NCBI GenBank assembly: GCA_903839725.1
Contig: CAIMDG010000001.1
Location: 107,559-171,558 of the forward strand
Direction of reading: 5' to 3'
DNA length: 64,000 nucleotides
Source of the DNA: an uncultured bacterium
Lineage (GTDB): Bacteria; Patescibacteriota; Minisyncoccia; Phycocordibacterales; PALSA-1337
The notes under the pieces were generated by a model that made no database searches, was not told the origin of the DNA, and saw only the letters and a list, made by a program, of their open reading frames with translations. A program made the translations under genes and the position numbers. This document shows, one piece after another, positions 28,290 through 37,684 of the stretch (position 1 is its first letter; the number at the start of each line of letters is the position of its first letter).

Positions 28290-29213
28290 TTAGAGCCAGC
28301 GTTTTTTCTTGAATACCCACCAAATTGCTGTTGCCATAAAGAACATGATGATAAGGATCAGAGTCCATCCATAAGGAAAATTGATCAAAGGGACGCGAAG
28401 TGCGGGGATTGTGAATAAGGCCGCAAGGAATGTAACCGGCTGAAATATGAACGTAGCCAAGGTCAAAACACGCATAGTCTCGTTTTGCTTTGAATTGAGA
28501 AGGGAATCGTTCGTTTCGCGAAGGTCGTCGATCAATTCACGAGCATTCGCTGAAAGTTCATAGATCTGCTCGAAATCTACTTTGATATCACGAACATATG
28601 AAACATATTCCTTGCCAAATAAGTCTTTTTCAACACTGGTTACCATGTCATCCCAGATATCACGATGTATGCGTGCTGTTTGTCTGAAGTCGATAAGTTC
28701 ACGGTTGAGATTTGAGAGGACTTCAACCATCTCACGTTCATCTCCTTTGAATATATGATTTTCTGAAGCAGTAAGGGCACCATTGATATTTTCTAGATCA
28801 TTGATCATGCCAGAATAGATACGCTTGATCATGTAGTAGAAAAGGTGGCCAGCGTGTTCGATCTTTTGGCCCTTGTCGAGAATAGCATTGGCGTCGAATA
28901 TTTTTGCAAAGTAATCAATCTGTTCGATAGTTTCTGCACGAGCAGTAATAAGGAAATTTTTACCAATAACGAAGTCAACTTCACGATCAACAATAGTGTA
29001 GATACCATCAACACGCACACGTACAGGTACAGTGAGAACGATCATAATGTACTCTTCGTAGAAGTCTATTTTTGCGCGAGAAGGAGAATCTTTGAGTTCT
29101 TCTCCAATCAATGGGTTGAGTCCATATCTTTTGATAACACCAGATATTTCCTCATTGTTGGGCGATTGTAAATCTAACCATACGAGATTGCGATGTGTGT
29201 GGGTAGTGATCAT
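28290..29213 (-). CDS. CorA-like divalent cation transporter family protein (non-canonical motif)
   Basis: Cytoplasmic alpha/beta domain plus two C-terminal TM helices; position of GMN motif reads LIN (PLINFPYGW). Confidence 0.65.
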   Translation of the reverse strand: MITTHTHRNLVWLDLQSPNNEEISGVIKRYGLNPLIGEELKDSPSRAKIDFYEEYIMIVLTVPVRVRVDGIYTIVDREVDFVIGKNFLITARAETIEQIDYFAKIFDANAILDKGQKIEHAGHLFYYMIKRIYSGMINDLENINGALTASENHIFKGDEREMVEVLSNLNRELIDFRQTARIHRDIWDDMVTSVEKDLFGKEYVSYVRDIKVDFEQIYELSANARELIDDLRETNDSLLNSKQNETMRVLTLATFIFQPVTFLAALFTIPALRVPLINFPYGWTLILIIMFFMATAIWWVFKKKRWL

Positions 29214-29271
29214 GTGTATGATTATAGCGATTTATAGTAGGGGCTGCAATGAGTAGCGCAAAGTTAAGTGG

Positions 29272-29397
29272 AACCCTGCACACAGGGGTAGTATTCTCAT
29301 TTTCTGCGCAAGTTTGTAAACATTGGGGTACGCGGTGTAATGTAAGCGTCTCTAAACTTGCGCAGAAAATGAGAATACTACCCCTGTGTGCAGGGTT
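29272..29397. repeat. Palindromic intergenic repeat, family copy C
   Basis: aaccctgcacacaggggtagtattctcattttctgcgcaagttt...aaacttgcgcagaaaatgagaatactacccctgtgtgcagggtt followed by TTTTT. Confidence 0.85.
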
Positions 29398-29438
29398 TTT
29401 GCTTTTATGCGATAATATCAATACATAATTTTTTACAC

Positions 29439-30647
29439 ATGAATACAAACAATAAGAATTTCTTGTATGCGTCAATTGGTATACCCGCAGTTATCATTGG
29501 TTTTTTTGTTGGTGTGTATGTAAATGAAAAACATGGCGTTTCTTCGATGACGGCAGAACTCAATAACACATCACTTGCTACGAGTGAACAATTTTCTACA
29601 TTTTGGGAGGCATGGAAAACTCTTGATAACAAATCTGTCTTTGCGGCTAGTACCACTCCGCAGGATAAAGTATACGGCGCGATAAAGGGACTCGCATCAT
29701 CATACGGAGACCCATACACCGTATTTTTCCCACCGGTAGAAGCTAAGATGTTCCAGGAAGATATTGCGGGGAATTTTGGTGGAGTTGGTATGGAAATTGG
29801 TATCAAGGAACATCAGTTGGTAGTAGTTACTCCAATAAAGAATAGTCCCGCATTCAAGGCGGGAGTCAAGACAGGAGATCTTATCATTAAGATTAATGGT
29901 AAAGAAACAACCGACTTGGCAGTTGATCAAGCTGTTAAACTTATCCGTGGTGAACCCGGTACCGTTGTTAAAATAATATTCTTGCCCAAGGATGCCGCCA
30001 AGACTGTTGAGCGTAGTATCACTCGTGCCATTATTGACATTCCAACACTTGAAACTGATACAAAACCAGGAGGTGTATTTGTAATTCGCTTGTTTACATT
30101 TACTGCAAATTCAGCAAGCCTATTCAGAACAGCACTTCGTCAATTTATAATGTCTGGTAATAATAAACTCGTTCTTGACCTTCGCGGTAATCCAGGAGGA
30201 TATCTTGATGCTGCATGGGACATGGCCTCATGGTTCCTTCCTACCGGAAAGACTGTGGTTACTGAAGATTTTGGTAAGAATCAATCTCCAAATGTATTTC
30301 GAAGTAAAGGATATGATGTATTTGCAGGCAAGAATTTGCACATGATGATTCTTGCTGATGGTGGCTCTGCTTCTGCTTCTGAAATTCTTGCAGGCGCTCT
30401 TCAAGAGCAGGGTATAGCCAAGCTTGTTGGAACCAAAACCTTCGGTAAGGGTTCAGTCCAAGAATTGATCTCAATTACTCCTGATACCTCACTCAAAGTC
30501 ACTATTGCTCGATGGTTGACTCCTCAGGGCCACAATCTGTCACATGATGGCCTAGAACCTGATTATAAGGTAGAGATGACCGACAAAGATATTGAAGCAA
30601 AAAAAGATCCTCAGATGGATAAGGCCGTCCAATTGTTAAATCAATAG
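29439..30647 (+). CDS. ctpA: Carboxyl-terminal processing protease (S41 family)
   Basis: N-terminal TM, PDZ domain, S41 motifs DLRGNPGGYLDAA and GSASASEILAGAL...TFGKGSVQ; ORF opens at 29388 inside repeat, start trimmed to MNTNNK. Confidence 0.85.
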   Translation: MNTNNKNFLYASIGIPAVIIGFFVGVYVNEKHGVSSMTAELNNTSLATSEQFSTFWEAWKTLDNKSVFAASTTPQDKVYGAIKGLASSYGDPYTVFFPPVEAKMFQEDIAGNFGGVGMEIGIKEHQLVVVTPIKNSPAFKAGVKTGDLIIKINGKETTDLAVDQAVKLIRGEPGTVVKIIFLPKDAAKTVERSITRAIIDIPTLETDTKPGGVFVIRLFTFTANSASLFRTALRQFIMSGNNKLVLDLRGNPGGYLDAAWDMASWFLPTGKTVVTEDFGKNQSPNVFRSKGYDVFAGKNLHMMILADGGSASASEILAGALQEQGIAKLVGTKTFGKGSVQELISITPDTSLKVTIARWLTPQGHNLSHDGLEPDYKVEMTDKDIEAKKDPQMDKAVQLLNQ

Positions 30648-30727
30648 GCCTAAAGAAGTAACTTTATTCAAGTAGACATTTCCTGAAAAACAGGTACATT
30701 AGATGTATTAGAAATTCACATAAACTC

Positions 30728-31171
30728 ATGAAAATAATCCTCCTCAAAGATGTTCCAAAGCTCGGTAAGAAGTTTGATATCAAGAATGCTAGCGATGGTC
30801 ATGCACTCAACTTGCTCATTCCTCAAGGTTTGGCAATCATTGCAACAGCCGATGCGGTCAAACGTGTTGAGCTTGAAAAGAAGCAAGAAGAAGCCAAGAA
30901 GAAGATTCACGAAGAATTACTCGCTGAGAATCTCAAAGGTTTGAGCGAAGTTACACTTACTATCGTTGCCAAAGCCAACCCAAAGGGTCATCTCTTTGCT
31001 GGTTTACACGCAGACGCAATTGCTACTGAATTACAAAAGCAAACTCGTCTCCAAGTTGATCCTTCATTTATTCAGATCAAGCAACCTATCAAAGAAGTTG
31101 GTGAGCATATTCTCGAAGTCAAAGCAGCAGGGAAGTCTGTTAAGTTCAAATTGGTTATCGCGAAGGCATAA
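30728..31171 (+). CDS. rplI: 50S ribosomal protein L9
   Basis: MKIILLKDVPKLGKKFDIKNASDGHALNLLIPQGLA. Confidence 0.9.
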   Translation: MKIILLKDVPKLGKKFDIKNASDGHALNLLIPQGLAIIATADAVKRVELEKKQEEAKKKIHEELLAENLKGLSEVTLTIVAKANPKGHLFAGLHADAIATELQKQTRLQVDPSFIQIKQPIKEVGEHILEVKAAGKSVKFKLVIAKA

Positions 31172-31202
31172 TTGTTAAATCTACACGCTAGATATAAATT
31201 TC

Positions 31203-31709
31203 ATGGATGAAAAAGTTATATTAGTTGATACGAACGATACTGTCATCGGAGAAGCATTGCGTTCAAAGGCTCATGCCGAGAGCTTGCTTCATCGCATTGT
31301 TGCAATTTATCTCACCAGATCAACAGGTGAAATTTTGGTGCAAGAACGAATGAGCGGAAAGTTCGATCACTCAGCCGCAGGTCACATGAATCCGGGCGAA
31401 ACTCAGTTGGCCGCAGCACAACGTGAACTATGTGAAGAATTGGGTGTCTGTGGAAATGATGTATCTCTAATTGAGATTGGTAATGCGATAAGTGGTGGAA
31501 CTGAAAGGGAGAAGTTTTATCATATGGCTAAAGTTTATGAGTATGCTGGTGAACCAAAAGAACTTCAATTGCAAGAAGTAAAAAGTGTTCACTGGGAACA
31601 ACCGTTGGATGTGTGGCAAAAGATGAAAGATGATCCTGAATGGAAGATGTATACAGGAGGTTTCAGATCAACACTTGAACTATTTCTTAAACACAAGAAG
31701 CTGATATAA
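31203..31709 (+). CDS. NUDIX hydrolase
   Basis: Nudix box GHMNPGETQLAAAQRELCEELGV. Confidence 0.75.
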   Translation: MDEKVILVDTNDTVIGEALRSKAHAESLLHRIVAIYLTRSTGEILVQERMSGKFDHSAAGHMNPGETQLAAAQRELCEELGVCGNDVSLIEIGNAISGGTEREKFYHMAKVYEYAGEPKELQLQEVKSVHWEQPLDVWQKMKDDPEWKMYTGGFRSTLELFLKHKKLI

Positions 31710-31736
31710 AAAAAGAGGCCTGAGGCCTCTTTTTTG
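31710..31736. terminator. Bidirectional rho-independent terminator between nudix (+) and rpmA (-)
   Basis: aaaaaagaggcctgaggcctcttttttg. Confidence 0.85.
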
Positions 31737-32015
31737 TTATTTAGTGACGATGTGAACAATGTTCTTGCGGACAATGTCATTGTTATAACTTGTCTTGCGC
31801 TTGGTACTGAAATGAACAACACCATCTTTGAGAGCAAAGAGGGTATAGTCTTTACCTGAACCAACATTCTTACCAGGAAGGCATGTTGTGCCACGCTGAC
31901 GGAGGATGATCTGACCTGAAGTGATTCTTTGACCATGATTGGCCTTAACTCCAAGGTATTTTGGATTTGAATCGCGACCGTTCTTTGTTGATCCTGCTGC
32001 TTTCTTATGTGCCAT
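31737..32015 (-). CDS. rpmA: 50S ribosomal protein L27
   Basis: [24 protein letters not shown]... Confidence 0.9.
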   Translation of the reverse strand: MAHKKAAGSTKNGRDSNPKYLGVKANHGQRITSGQIILRQRGTTCLPGKNVGSGKDYTLFALKDGVVHFSTKRKTSYNNDIVRKNIVHIVTK

Positions 32016-32077
32016 GGTAGTGGGTGATTGGGGTTAATTAAGTCGAGAAAGTATACCATAGCGTTTAAAATATGCAA

Positions 32078-32268
32078 GGAAATAGACCTAAAATGGCTCG
32101 TATCTCTTCAAGAAGTCCTGAAATACATACAATTAGCAGGACGCGGATATTTTTCTGCTGAAAAATTCCTAGTGCTCGCCTCAGTCAGGCTCGCAGTGTC
32201 CTGCTAATTGTATGTATTTCAGGACTTCTCCTCAACTGACGATTATTAGCCATTTTAGGGCTATTTCC
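32078..32268. repeat. Nested long inverted repeats (outer 20-bp arms enclosing inner 31-bp arms)
   Basis: Outer ggaaatagacctaaaatggc (32078-32097) vs gccattttagggctatttcc (32249-32268); inner gaagtcctgaaatacatacaattagcaggac (32112-32142) vs gtcctgctaattgtatgtatttcaggacttc (32198-32228). Confidence 0.85.
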
Positions 32269-32440
32269 AGCAGGGAGGGCGGTAATGTGGCTTAAAATAA
32301 GGGTATTTTGTACCTAAAATATGGCTCTGTTAAGCCGTATAAAGAGGGTAGGGGTATTGACTTTTGGGTTGCGAGGTGCTAGTATATACCGACAAATGAG
32401 CGAACGTAAGCACCATGCTTACCAAGCTCGTTTTTAAATT

Positions 32441-32926
32441 ATGATTGAACTTACAACTGGTGTCGCGTTTCTCGTGTCGTCTTTGTATGCTGCAGGACAA
32501 CCTCAGCAAGCTCAAATGACAATTCAGACAGTCGAACCTACAGTAGCAACGAGTACTACTATAGAAGCTACAAGCACAGCAAGCTCATTCACAGATTCAA
32601 AAACCGTTGAAGCATATCTCCGTAAGGAATATGTAGATACGCCTATTCTCGTCGAAGTCGCTCGTTGCGAATCGACATTCCGTCAGTATGACAGCACTGG
32701 TAATGTTATCCGTGGTAGAGTCAACTCCGCTGACGTCGGTGTGATGCAGATCAATGAAAAGTATCACTCTGACCAGGCACTCAAGCTTGGATACAATATA
32801 TACACCGTAGAGGGTAACGTGGCATATGCCAAGTACCTCCACACCAAGTTTGGACTACAACCATGGAACTCATCATCACCATGTTGGTCACATCATACTG
32901 GATCTGAGCTAGCTATTAACAAATAG
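32441..32926 (+). CDS. Secreted lytic transglycosylase-like (SLT/lysozyme-like domain) protein
   Basis: Signal/TM N-terminus; SLT family-1 motifs ARCESTFRQ (catalytic Glu) and VGVMQIN. Confidence 0.6.
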   Translation: MIELTTGVAFLVSSLYAAGQPQQAQMTIQTVEPTVATSTTIEATSTASSFTDSKTVEAYLRKEYVDTPILVEVARCESTFRQYDSTGNVIRGRVNSADVGVMQINEKYHSDQALKLGYNIYTVEGNVAYAKYLHTKFGLQPWNSSSPCWSHHTGSELAINK

Positions 32927-33224
32927 AAATCGGGGCATCTTTGATACATGAAGTATAAAGGTGCCTCAGAAGAAAAAACGCATTGTCTTAAACGATGCGT
33001 TTTTTCTTGCTCAAAATATTTTGGTAGAAATATATTTCCGTAAGATGTGTTGACGGGGTAGTAAGGCAAAGTTGGTTCTTATGAGAATGTCTTGTGGGGG
33101 CGTTTATAATATATAGTGTCGCACAATATATCTTTTGGGTAGGTAATATATATGATGTTGGGCCATATACTAATACACGGGACTCCCCCGATGATTTACA
33201 ATTTATATGATTCTCGACCATGAA

Positions 33225-33770
33225 CTACTTTGTGCAGATATATACGAATGCTGGAGGAATATTCAGCGGAACAAATTGTGTACGTACATCCCTGAAATAT
33301 TTCTTGAGATCTTTTCTATTAAGCAGTGAATATTGGTATTGAATGAACTTCCCTGTTGGACTCATATTTTCGGCAATAATCGATAATATGGCATTGGTAT
33401 CATTCTTGCCTAATGAAGCAAATGGTAGGCTTGAGATCACATAGTCGACGTGTGAAATATTGTGCGCACGAATATGTTCACGTACATTCTGGGCAAAGTC
33501 TTGTATGAGAATAGTATTGGGTCGCACTGATTTGTTCATGGATATAAGCTTCGGGTTTATCTCAAATGACAGGACGAGGGTTTTGTTAGAAATCTTCTTT
33601 TCGAGGTGACGAGTAACGCATCCTTCACCGGCACCAAGTTCAATGATGCAGGTGGCATTGGGATCGACTGTTCTAATGAGTTTTTTGATCAGGAAGCGCT
33701 GAGATGGCAAGAAACTTCCCGTAGTTCGGAAGTCCTTGAATGATTGAACAAAAAATGATAAATTGCGCAT
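33225..33770 (-). CDS. Class I SAM-dependent methyltransferase
   Basis: Motif I IIELGAGEGCVT, acidic end of beta2 LSFEINP; 181 aa. Confidence 0.6.
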   Translation of the reverse strand: MRNLSFFVQSFKDFRTTGSFLPSQRFLIKKLIRTVDPNATCIIELGAGEGCVTRHLEKKISNKTLVLSFEINPKLISMNKSVRPNTILIQDFAQNVREHIRAHNISHVDYVISSLPFASLGKNDTNAILSIIAENMSPTGKFIQYQYSLLNRKDLKKYFRDVRTQFVPLNIPPAFVYICTK

Positions 33771-33787
33771 TGATATAAGGATATACT

Positions 33788-33818
33788 AAAAAAGGCACTA
33801 TAGTAAGTGCCTTTTTTA
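33788..33818. terminator. Bidirectional rho-independent terminator
   Basis: aaaaaaaggcactatagtaagtgcctttttt. Confidence 0.75.
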
Positions 33819-33830
33819 TTTGATTGTATG

Positions 33831-34136
33831 TTATGGCGTCGACGTTGCTGTACTCGTACCATTTATTTTGTTGTGACCAATATTCTTGATACTTTCCATT
33901 GCAGGATCCCAGATGAGGTTTATGAACACTTGGTTCCATAGATATGTTGCTGGTTGTTTGAGGTATGCATTCCAGAAGCTGACAGTACCAGTTGTTGTGT
34001 ATGAAATATTGTCTTGTGTGACTGGAGAGTTGATGACCGATCGTAGACTGATGCCGAAGTAACTGAGGATGAGGAGGCCGACAATGATGAGAATAATAAT
34101 TTTAATAAATCCCTTTTGATTAGACTGTATATTCAT
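33831..34136 (-). CDS. Hypothetical small membrane protein
   Basis: 101 aa from MNIQSNQKGFIKIIILIIVGLLIL (one TM); longer 156-aa form overlaps the palindrome at 34196-34322 and was trimmed. Confidence 0.35.
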   Translation of the reverse strand: MNIQSNQKGFIKIIILIIVGLLILSYFGISLRSVINSPVTQDNISYTTTGTVSFWNAYLKQPATYLWNQVFINLIWDPAMESIKNIGHNKINGTSTATSTP

Positions 34137-34195
34137 GGGTATATTGTAACGTATTATAAAGGTATGGTGTAGTGTGTTTATACACAGATAGTTTA

Positions 34196-34322
34196 AACTA
34201 CCAATATATATGAGCTTTGCCGAAACATCAGTGACGTGCAAATATACATGCCTAAAGAACAAAATAATTAAACGAAATCCCGCTGGGAATTGTTTCGGCA
34301 AAGCTCATATGTATTGGTAGTT
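34196..34322. repeat. Long inverted repeat (32-bp arms, 1 mismatch, 63-nt loop) downstream of M23 peptidase gene
   Basis: aactaccaatatatatgagctttgccgaaaca vs tgtttcggcaaagctcatatgtattggtagtt. Confidence 0.85.
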
Positions 34323-34331
34323 CCGTACCTA

Positions 34332-35615
34332 TTAGAGATAAGATAGGGGGTTCAGGTATGCATTGTAGTCGGCAAATGGTATGACTGCCCCGATACAATG
34401 TGATGCAGGGAAAGCACTACGTGTAATGGAAGTGATGCGTATACCATCACTTGCATATACTCCGAAGTGTAAGTGTGGACCAGTGACATTTCCTGTGTTT
34501 CCACTGTAGCCAATGATTTCTCCTGTGCTCACTGACTCACCAGTGCGCACGCTCTGCAATGATAAATGGGCATATAGCGTTGAAAGACCATTTGAATGTT
34601 TGACCATGATCCATTTTCCGTATGAGTAGCAACCGGGTATTGCACTAGTATTACTTACACCGATGACAGTGCCAGACAAAGCTGATTTGATAGGAGTTCC
34701 GATTGATGCACGAAAGTCTACGCCGTTGTGCCCTTTCCCACTGTAAATTTGAGGATTTTTTGCTGAAAAATCGGTATTACCAAAATATTGTGTGACGATA
34801 GGGTTGTCGAGTGGCCAGGATAAAACTCCTGAACCAGTATGTGGTAGGTTCGAAGTATTTATTTTCAAGTGAAGTTGTGATTCGTAGCTATCGATTTCAC
34901 GTTGAATTGCGTCCGCCTGAGCTTGTCTATCAGCAACTATTTTCTTGTATTGAGATTCTGACTGTTTGGTTTGAGCGAGTAAAGCATTTTTCTCGGCAGT
35001 AGTGGAAAGTACAACTGAACGTTGATCTTTGATTTGATTGTTAAGTTTGACGAGATCATCTTTTGCTTTTTGGCTTGCGGCACGATTGGTCTCGAGCTTC
35101 GTTTTTGTTGCACGCAAGGAATCTATCTTATCAAATAAATTTTTCTGTATAGATTCGAGGTGATCGAGTGAATTCCATGTATCGCCCAATGATTGGCTTG
35201 AAAGGATAAGCTCTGGAATACTTTGACTGCCAAGCTGATCAAGAGTGCTAAATGTGTAGCTGATGATACGTTGATCATCAGTAATAGTACTTTCTTTGTT
35301 TGATATCTGACCGGTTAATTCTTGAATTTCGAGATTTTTAGAAGCAATTTTATTCTCAGTAATCTTGATATCTGCCGCAAGTTTTTTCTGTGTCAAATCG
35401 AGAGATTTAATCGTTGAAGCAAGAGAGCTTGCTTGACTACCTATGGTATCAAGTTGTTTTTGATATCCTTGAATTTCCTTCTGTAGGGCTTGAATGTCAG
35501 CTGTGCGTTGGTCAATTTTTGATTGGAGATTGGTTGTCTGGGCGTATGATCCAGGAATAAAAAGCAGTGAAATGAAACTGATTAAGACAACCTTATAAAA
35601 TCGAGGGTGTGTCAT
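34332..35615 (-). CDS. M23 family peptidoglycan DD-metalloendopeptidase with N-terminal coiled-coil (EnvC-like)
   Basis: Signal peptide, about 250 aa coiled-coil, M23 motifs HNGVDF (HxxxD) and HLHFGV (HxH). Confidence 0.85.
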   Translation of the reverse strand: MTHPRFYKVVLISFISLLFIPGSYAQTTNLQSKIDQRTADIQALQKEIQGYQKQLDTIGSQASSLASTIKSLDLTQKKLAADIKITENKIASKNLEIQELTGQISNKESTITDDQRIISYTFSTLDQLGSQSIPELILSSQSLGDTWNSLDHLESIQKNLFDKIDSLRATKTKLETNRAASQKAKDDLVKLNNQIKDQRSVVLSTTAEKNALLAQTKQSESQYKKIVADRQAQADAIQREIDSYESQLHLKINTSNLPHTGSGVLSWPLDNPIVTQYFGNTDFSAKNPQIYSGKGHNGVDFRASIGTPIKSALSGTVIGVSNTSAIPGCYSYGKWIMVKHSNGLSTLYAHLSLQSVRTGESVSTGEIIGYSGNTGNVTGPHLHFGVYASDGIRITSITRSAFPASHCIGAVIPFADYNAYLNPLSYL

Positions 35616-35618
35616 ACA

Positions 35619-36980
35619 TCATGACAATTTTTTAATTGCAGTAGCTATTCGAAGGAGAGATTCTTCTCTGCCGATAAGTGATGCTGATGTAAATGGATCA
35701 GGTGAACGTTCTTGTCCGGTGAGTGCAACGCGCAATGGCCAGAGCACATCTCCTTTGCCGTTGGCTTCAGCGTAGGGCCACAAGGCACTTTTGACTGCAT
35801 CTGCAGTGAATTCTGTTTGAGTCAAGTTGGTGAGTATAGTAGAAGACTCTTCTAGGTGCTTTTTGGCTATGCTTGGGTCTGGATTCTTTTTCCAGAGAAG
35901 CATATTTGAATCATACGAAGAGATATTATGAATAAAAGCGAGTTCCCCGTTCACGTCAAATAGTTTTTGAATATCACCGAAAGTACTTATTTTCTCACGC
36001 AATACAGGGATAAGTTTCTTGAATTGTTCACTGTGAGTATGAAGCCATTCAGGGATGAAAGTTTCTGCATAGGTACTAAATTCCTCATCAGAAAGTTTCG
36101 CAATGTATTCACGATTGAACCATAGAAGCTTTTCTTCATCGAATATTGCCCCACTTTTCTGAACTCGTTCAAGAGAAAAATCTTTGATGATTTCTGGGAG
36201 TGTAAGTATTTCACGATCATCAGACGGATGCCAGCCAAGTAATGCAAGGTAGTTGATAACGGCCTGTGGTACATATCCACGTTGACGATATTCGGTGATA
36301 GGAAGTGCGCCTTTGCGCTTGGAAAGTTTTGAACGATCTGTAGAAAGAAGAAGTGGAATATGAGCATATCGTGGTATAGGAAAACCAAGTGCTTCATAGA
36401 GCAATATATGTCGTGGTGTATTGGAGATATGATCTTCCCCGCGAATAATGTGGGTAATTCCCTCTTCCGCATCATCAATAACTACTGCGAGATGGAATAC
36501 AGGTTCATTCAAGCTTCGCGCAATCACGAAGTCTCCAAGTTCTGTCGTATCAAATTCGATACGTCCACGTATGAGATCTTCGAAGATGACTTTCTTATTT
36601 GGATTTTTGAAACGGATGACTGTATCACGGCCAGCTTTTTTTGCAGGATCGACAACCTCGCCAGCTGCTTCACGGCGCTCAATTTCATTTGAAATATATG
36701 CATAACCAGAATCAATAAGCTTTTTAATATATTGAGCATGAACATCTGCACGGTCAGATTGACGCTCCATTTTGTCATATTTCAACCCAAGCCAATTGAG
36801 ACTATCGATGATATTGTCTTCATATTCTTTCTTGGAACGCTCTTTGTCAGTATCTTCAATACGTAAGATAAATGCACCATCATGTTGATGGGAAAAAATA
36901 TAGGCAAATAGAGCGGTGCGGTAATTGCCTGCATGAAGGTATCCTGTAGGTGATGGGGCAAATCTAGTTATGATTGACAT
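35619..36980 (-). CDS. gltX: Glutamate--tRNA ligase
   Basis: RFAPSPTGYLHAGNYRTALF, KLSKRKG (KMSKS), 453 aa. Confidence 0.85.
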   Translation of the reverse strand: MSIITRFAPSPTGYLHAGNYRTALFAYIFSHQHDGAFILRIEDTDKERSKKEYEDNIIDSLNWLGLKYDKMERQSDRADVHAQYIKKLIDSGYAYISNEIERREAAGEVVDPAKKAGRDTVIRFKNPNKKVIFEDLIRGRIEFDTTELGDFVIARSLNEPVFHLAVVIDDAEEGITHIIRGEDHISNTPRHILLYEALGFPIPRYAHIPLLLSTDRSKLSKRKGALPITEYRQRGYVPQAVINYLALLGWHPSDDREILTLPEIIKDFSLERVQKSGAIFDEEKLLWFNREYIAKLSDEEFSTYAETFIPEWLHTHSEQFKKLIPVLREKISTFGDIQKLFDVNGELAFIHNISSYDSNMLLWKKNPDPSIAKKHLEESSTILTNLTQTEFTADAVKSALWPYAEANGKGDVLWPLRVALTGQERSPDPFTSASLIGREESLLRIATAIKKLS

Positions 36981-37010
36981 GGGTATATTCTAGCAAAATA
37001 TCGATAATAT

Positions 37011-37036
37011 AAAAACTGCCCTTTCGAGCAGTTTTT
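37011..37036. terminator. Rho-independent terminator (bidirectional)
   Basis: aaaaactgccctttcgagcagttttt. Confidence 0.7.
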
Positions 37037-37055
37037 ATGTGAAATGTGTCAGAGA

Positions 37056-37565
37056 TTACCCTTTGATTTCATTTCCAACTGAGATAGAAGCGTGGAAGAT
37101 TTGCATAATGATATTTCCTGCTGCGTTTTTGAGAGGAAGATCCTTTGCAACATTGAACTTCTTGTCTCCATCATCAGCGTGAATCATTGCGTAGTATGTT
37201 CCTCCATCGATCATTGATTTTGTAAGTGTAATTCTGCCTGGGTTAATTCCTGAAGCAAAATATGCAGAACCGATGATATCACCTGGCTTACCACTCGCAT
37301 CTGAATGAATGACGACCCATCCTGGAGATGAAAGTTGAACTGAGGTGAGATATACGACGTTGCCTGGATATTGATCCAAGAGAGACACACGGTTGATATT
37401 GCCAGCCGAGTCTTGCATAGCTGTCGTATCGTCAGTAGCTGTAGTATCTGATGTATCAGTCTTTTTATTATTGAAGATTGATATGCCAAGAATAATAAGA
37501 AGGATGATAATAACGACGGTTACAACCCACTGCCATGACTTAATAGTACTTTGATTTGGATTCAT
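37056..37565 (-). CDS. Hypothetical membrane-anchored secreted protein
   Basis: N-terminal TM (WQWVVTVVIIILLIILGISI), Thr/Asp-rich linker, beta-rich domain; lies upstream of murG. Confidence 0.5.
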   Translation of the reverse strand: MNPNQSTIKSWQWVVTVVIIILLIILGISIFNNKKTDTSDTTATDDTTAMQDSAGNINRVSLLDQYPGNVVYLTSVQLSSPGWVVIHSDASGKPGDIIGSAYFASGINPGRITLTKSMIDGGTYYAMIHADDGDKKFNVAKDLPLKNAAGNIIMQIFHASISVGNEIKG

Positions 37566-37684
37566 ACAATAAAATTATTAATGAATAATATAGCGACTTT
37601 TGGAACATAAGTATACCACTGATTTGATACAGGAAATAATAACAACATATAAATTGTTCTGCTACAAATATGGCTTAAATACTG

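Noticed and set aside
34137-34301. N-terminal extension of small membrane protein ORF
   Set aside because: Runs through the 32-bp-arm palindrome; internal Met start adopted
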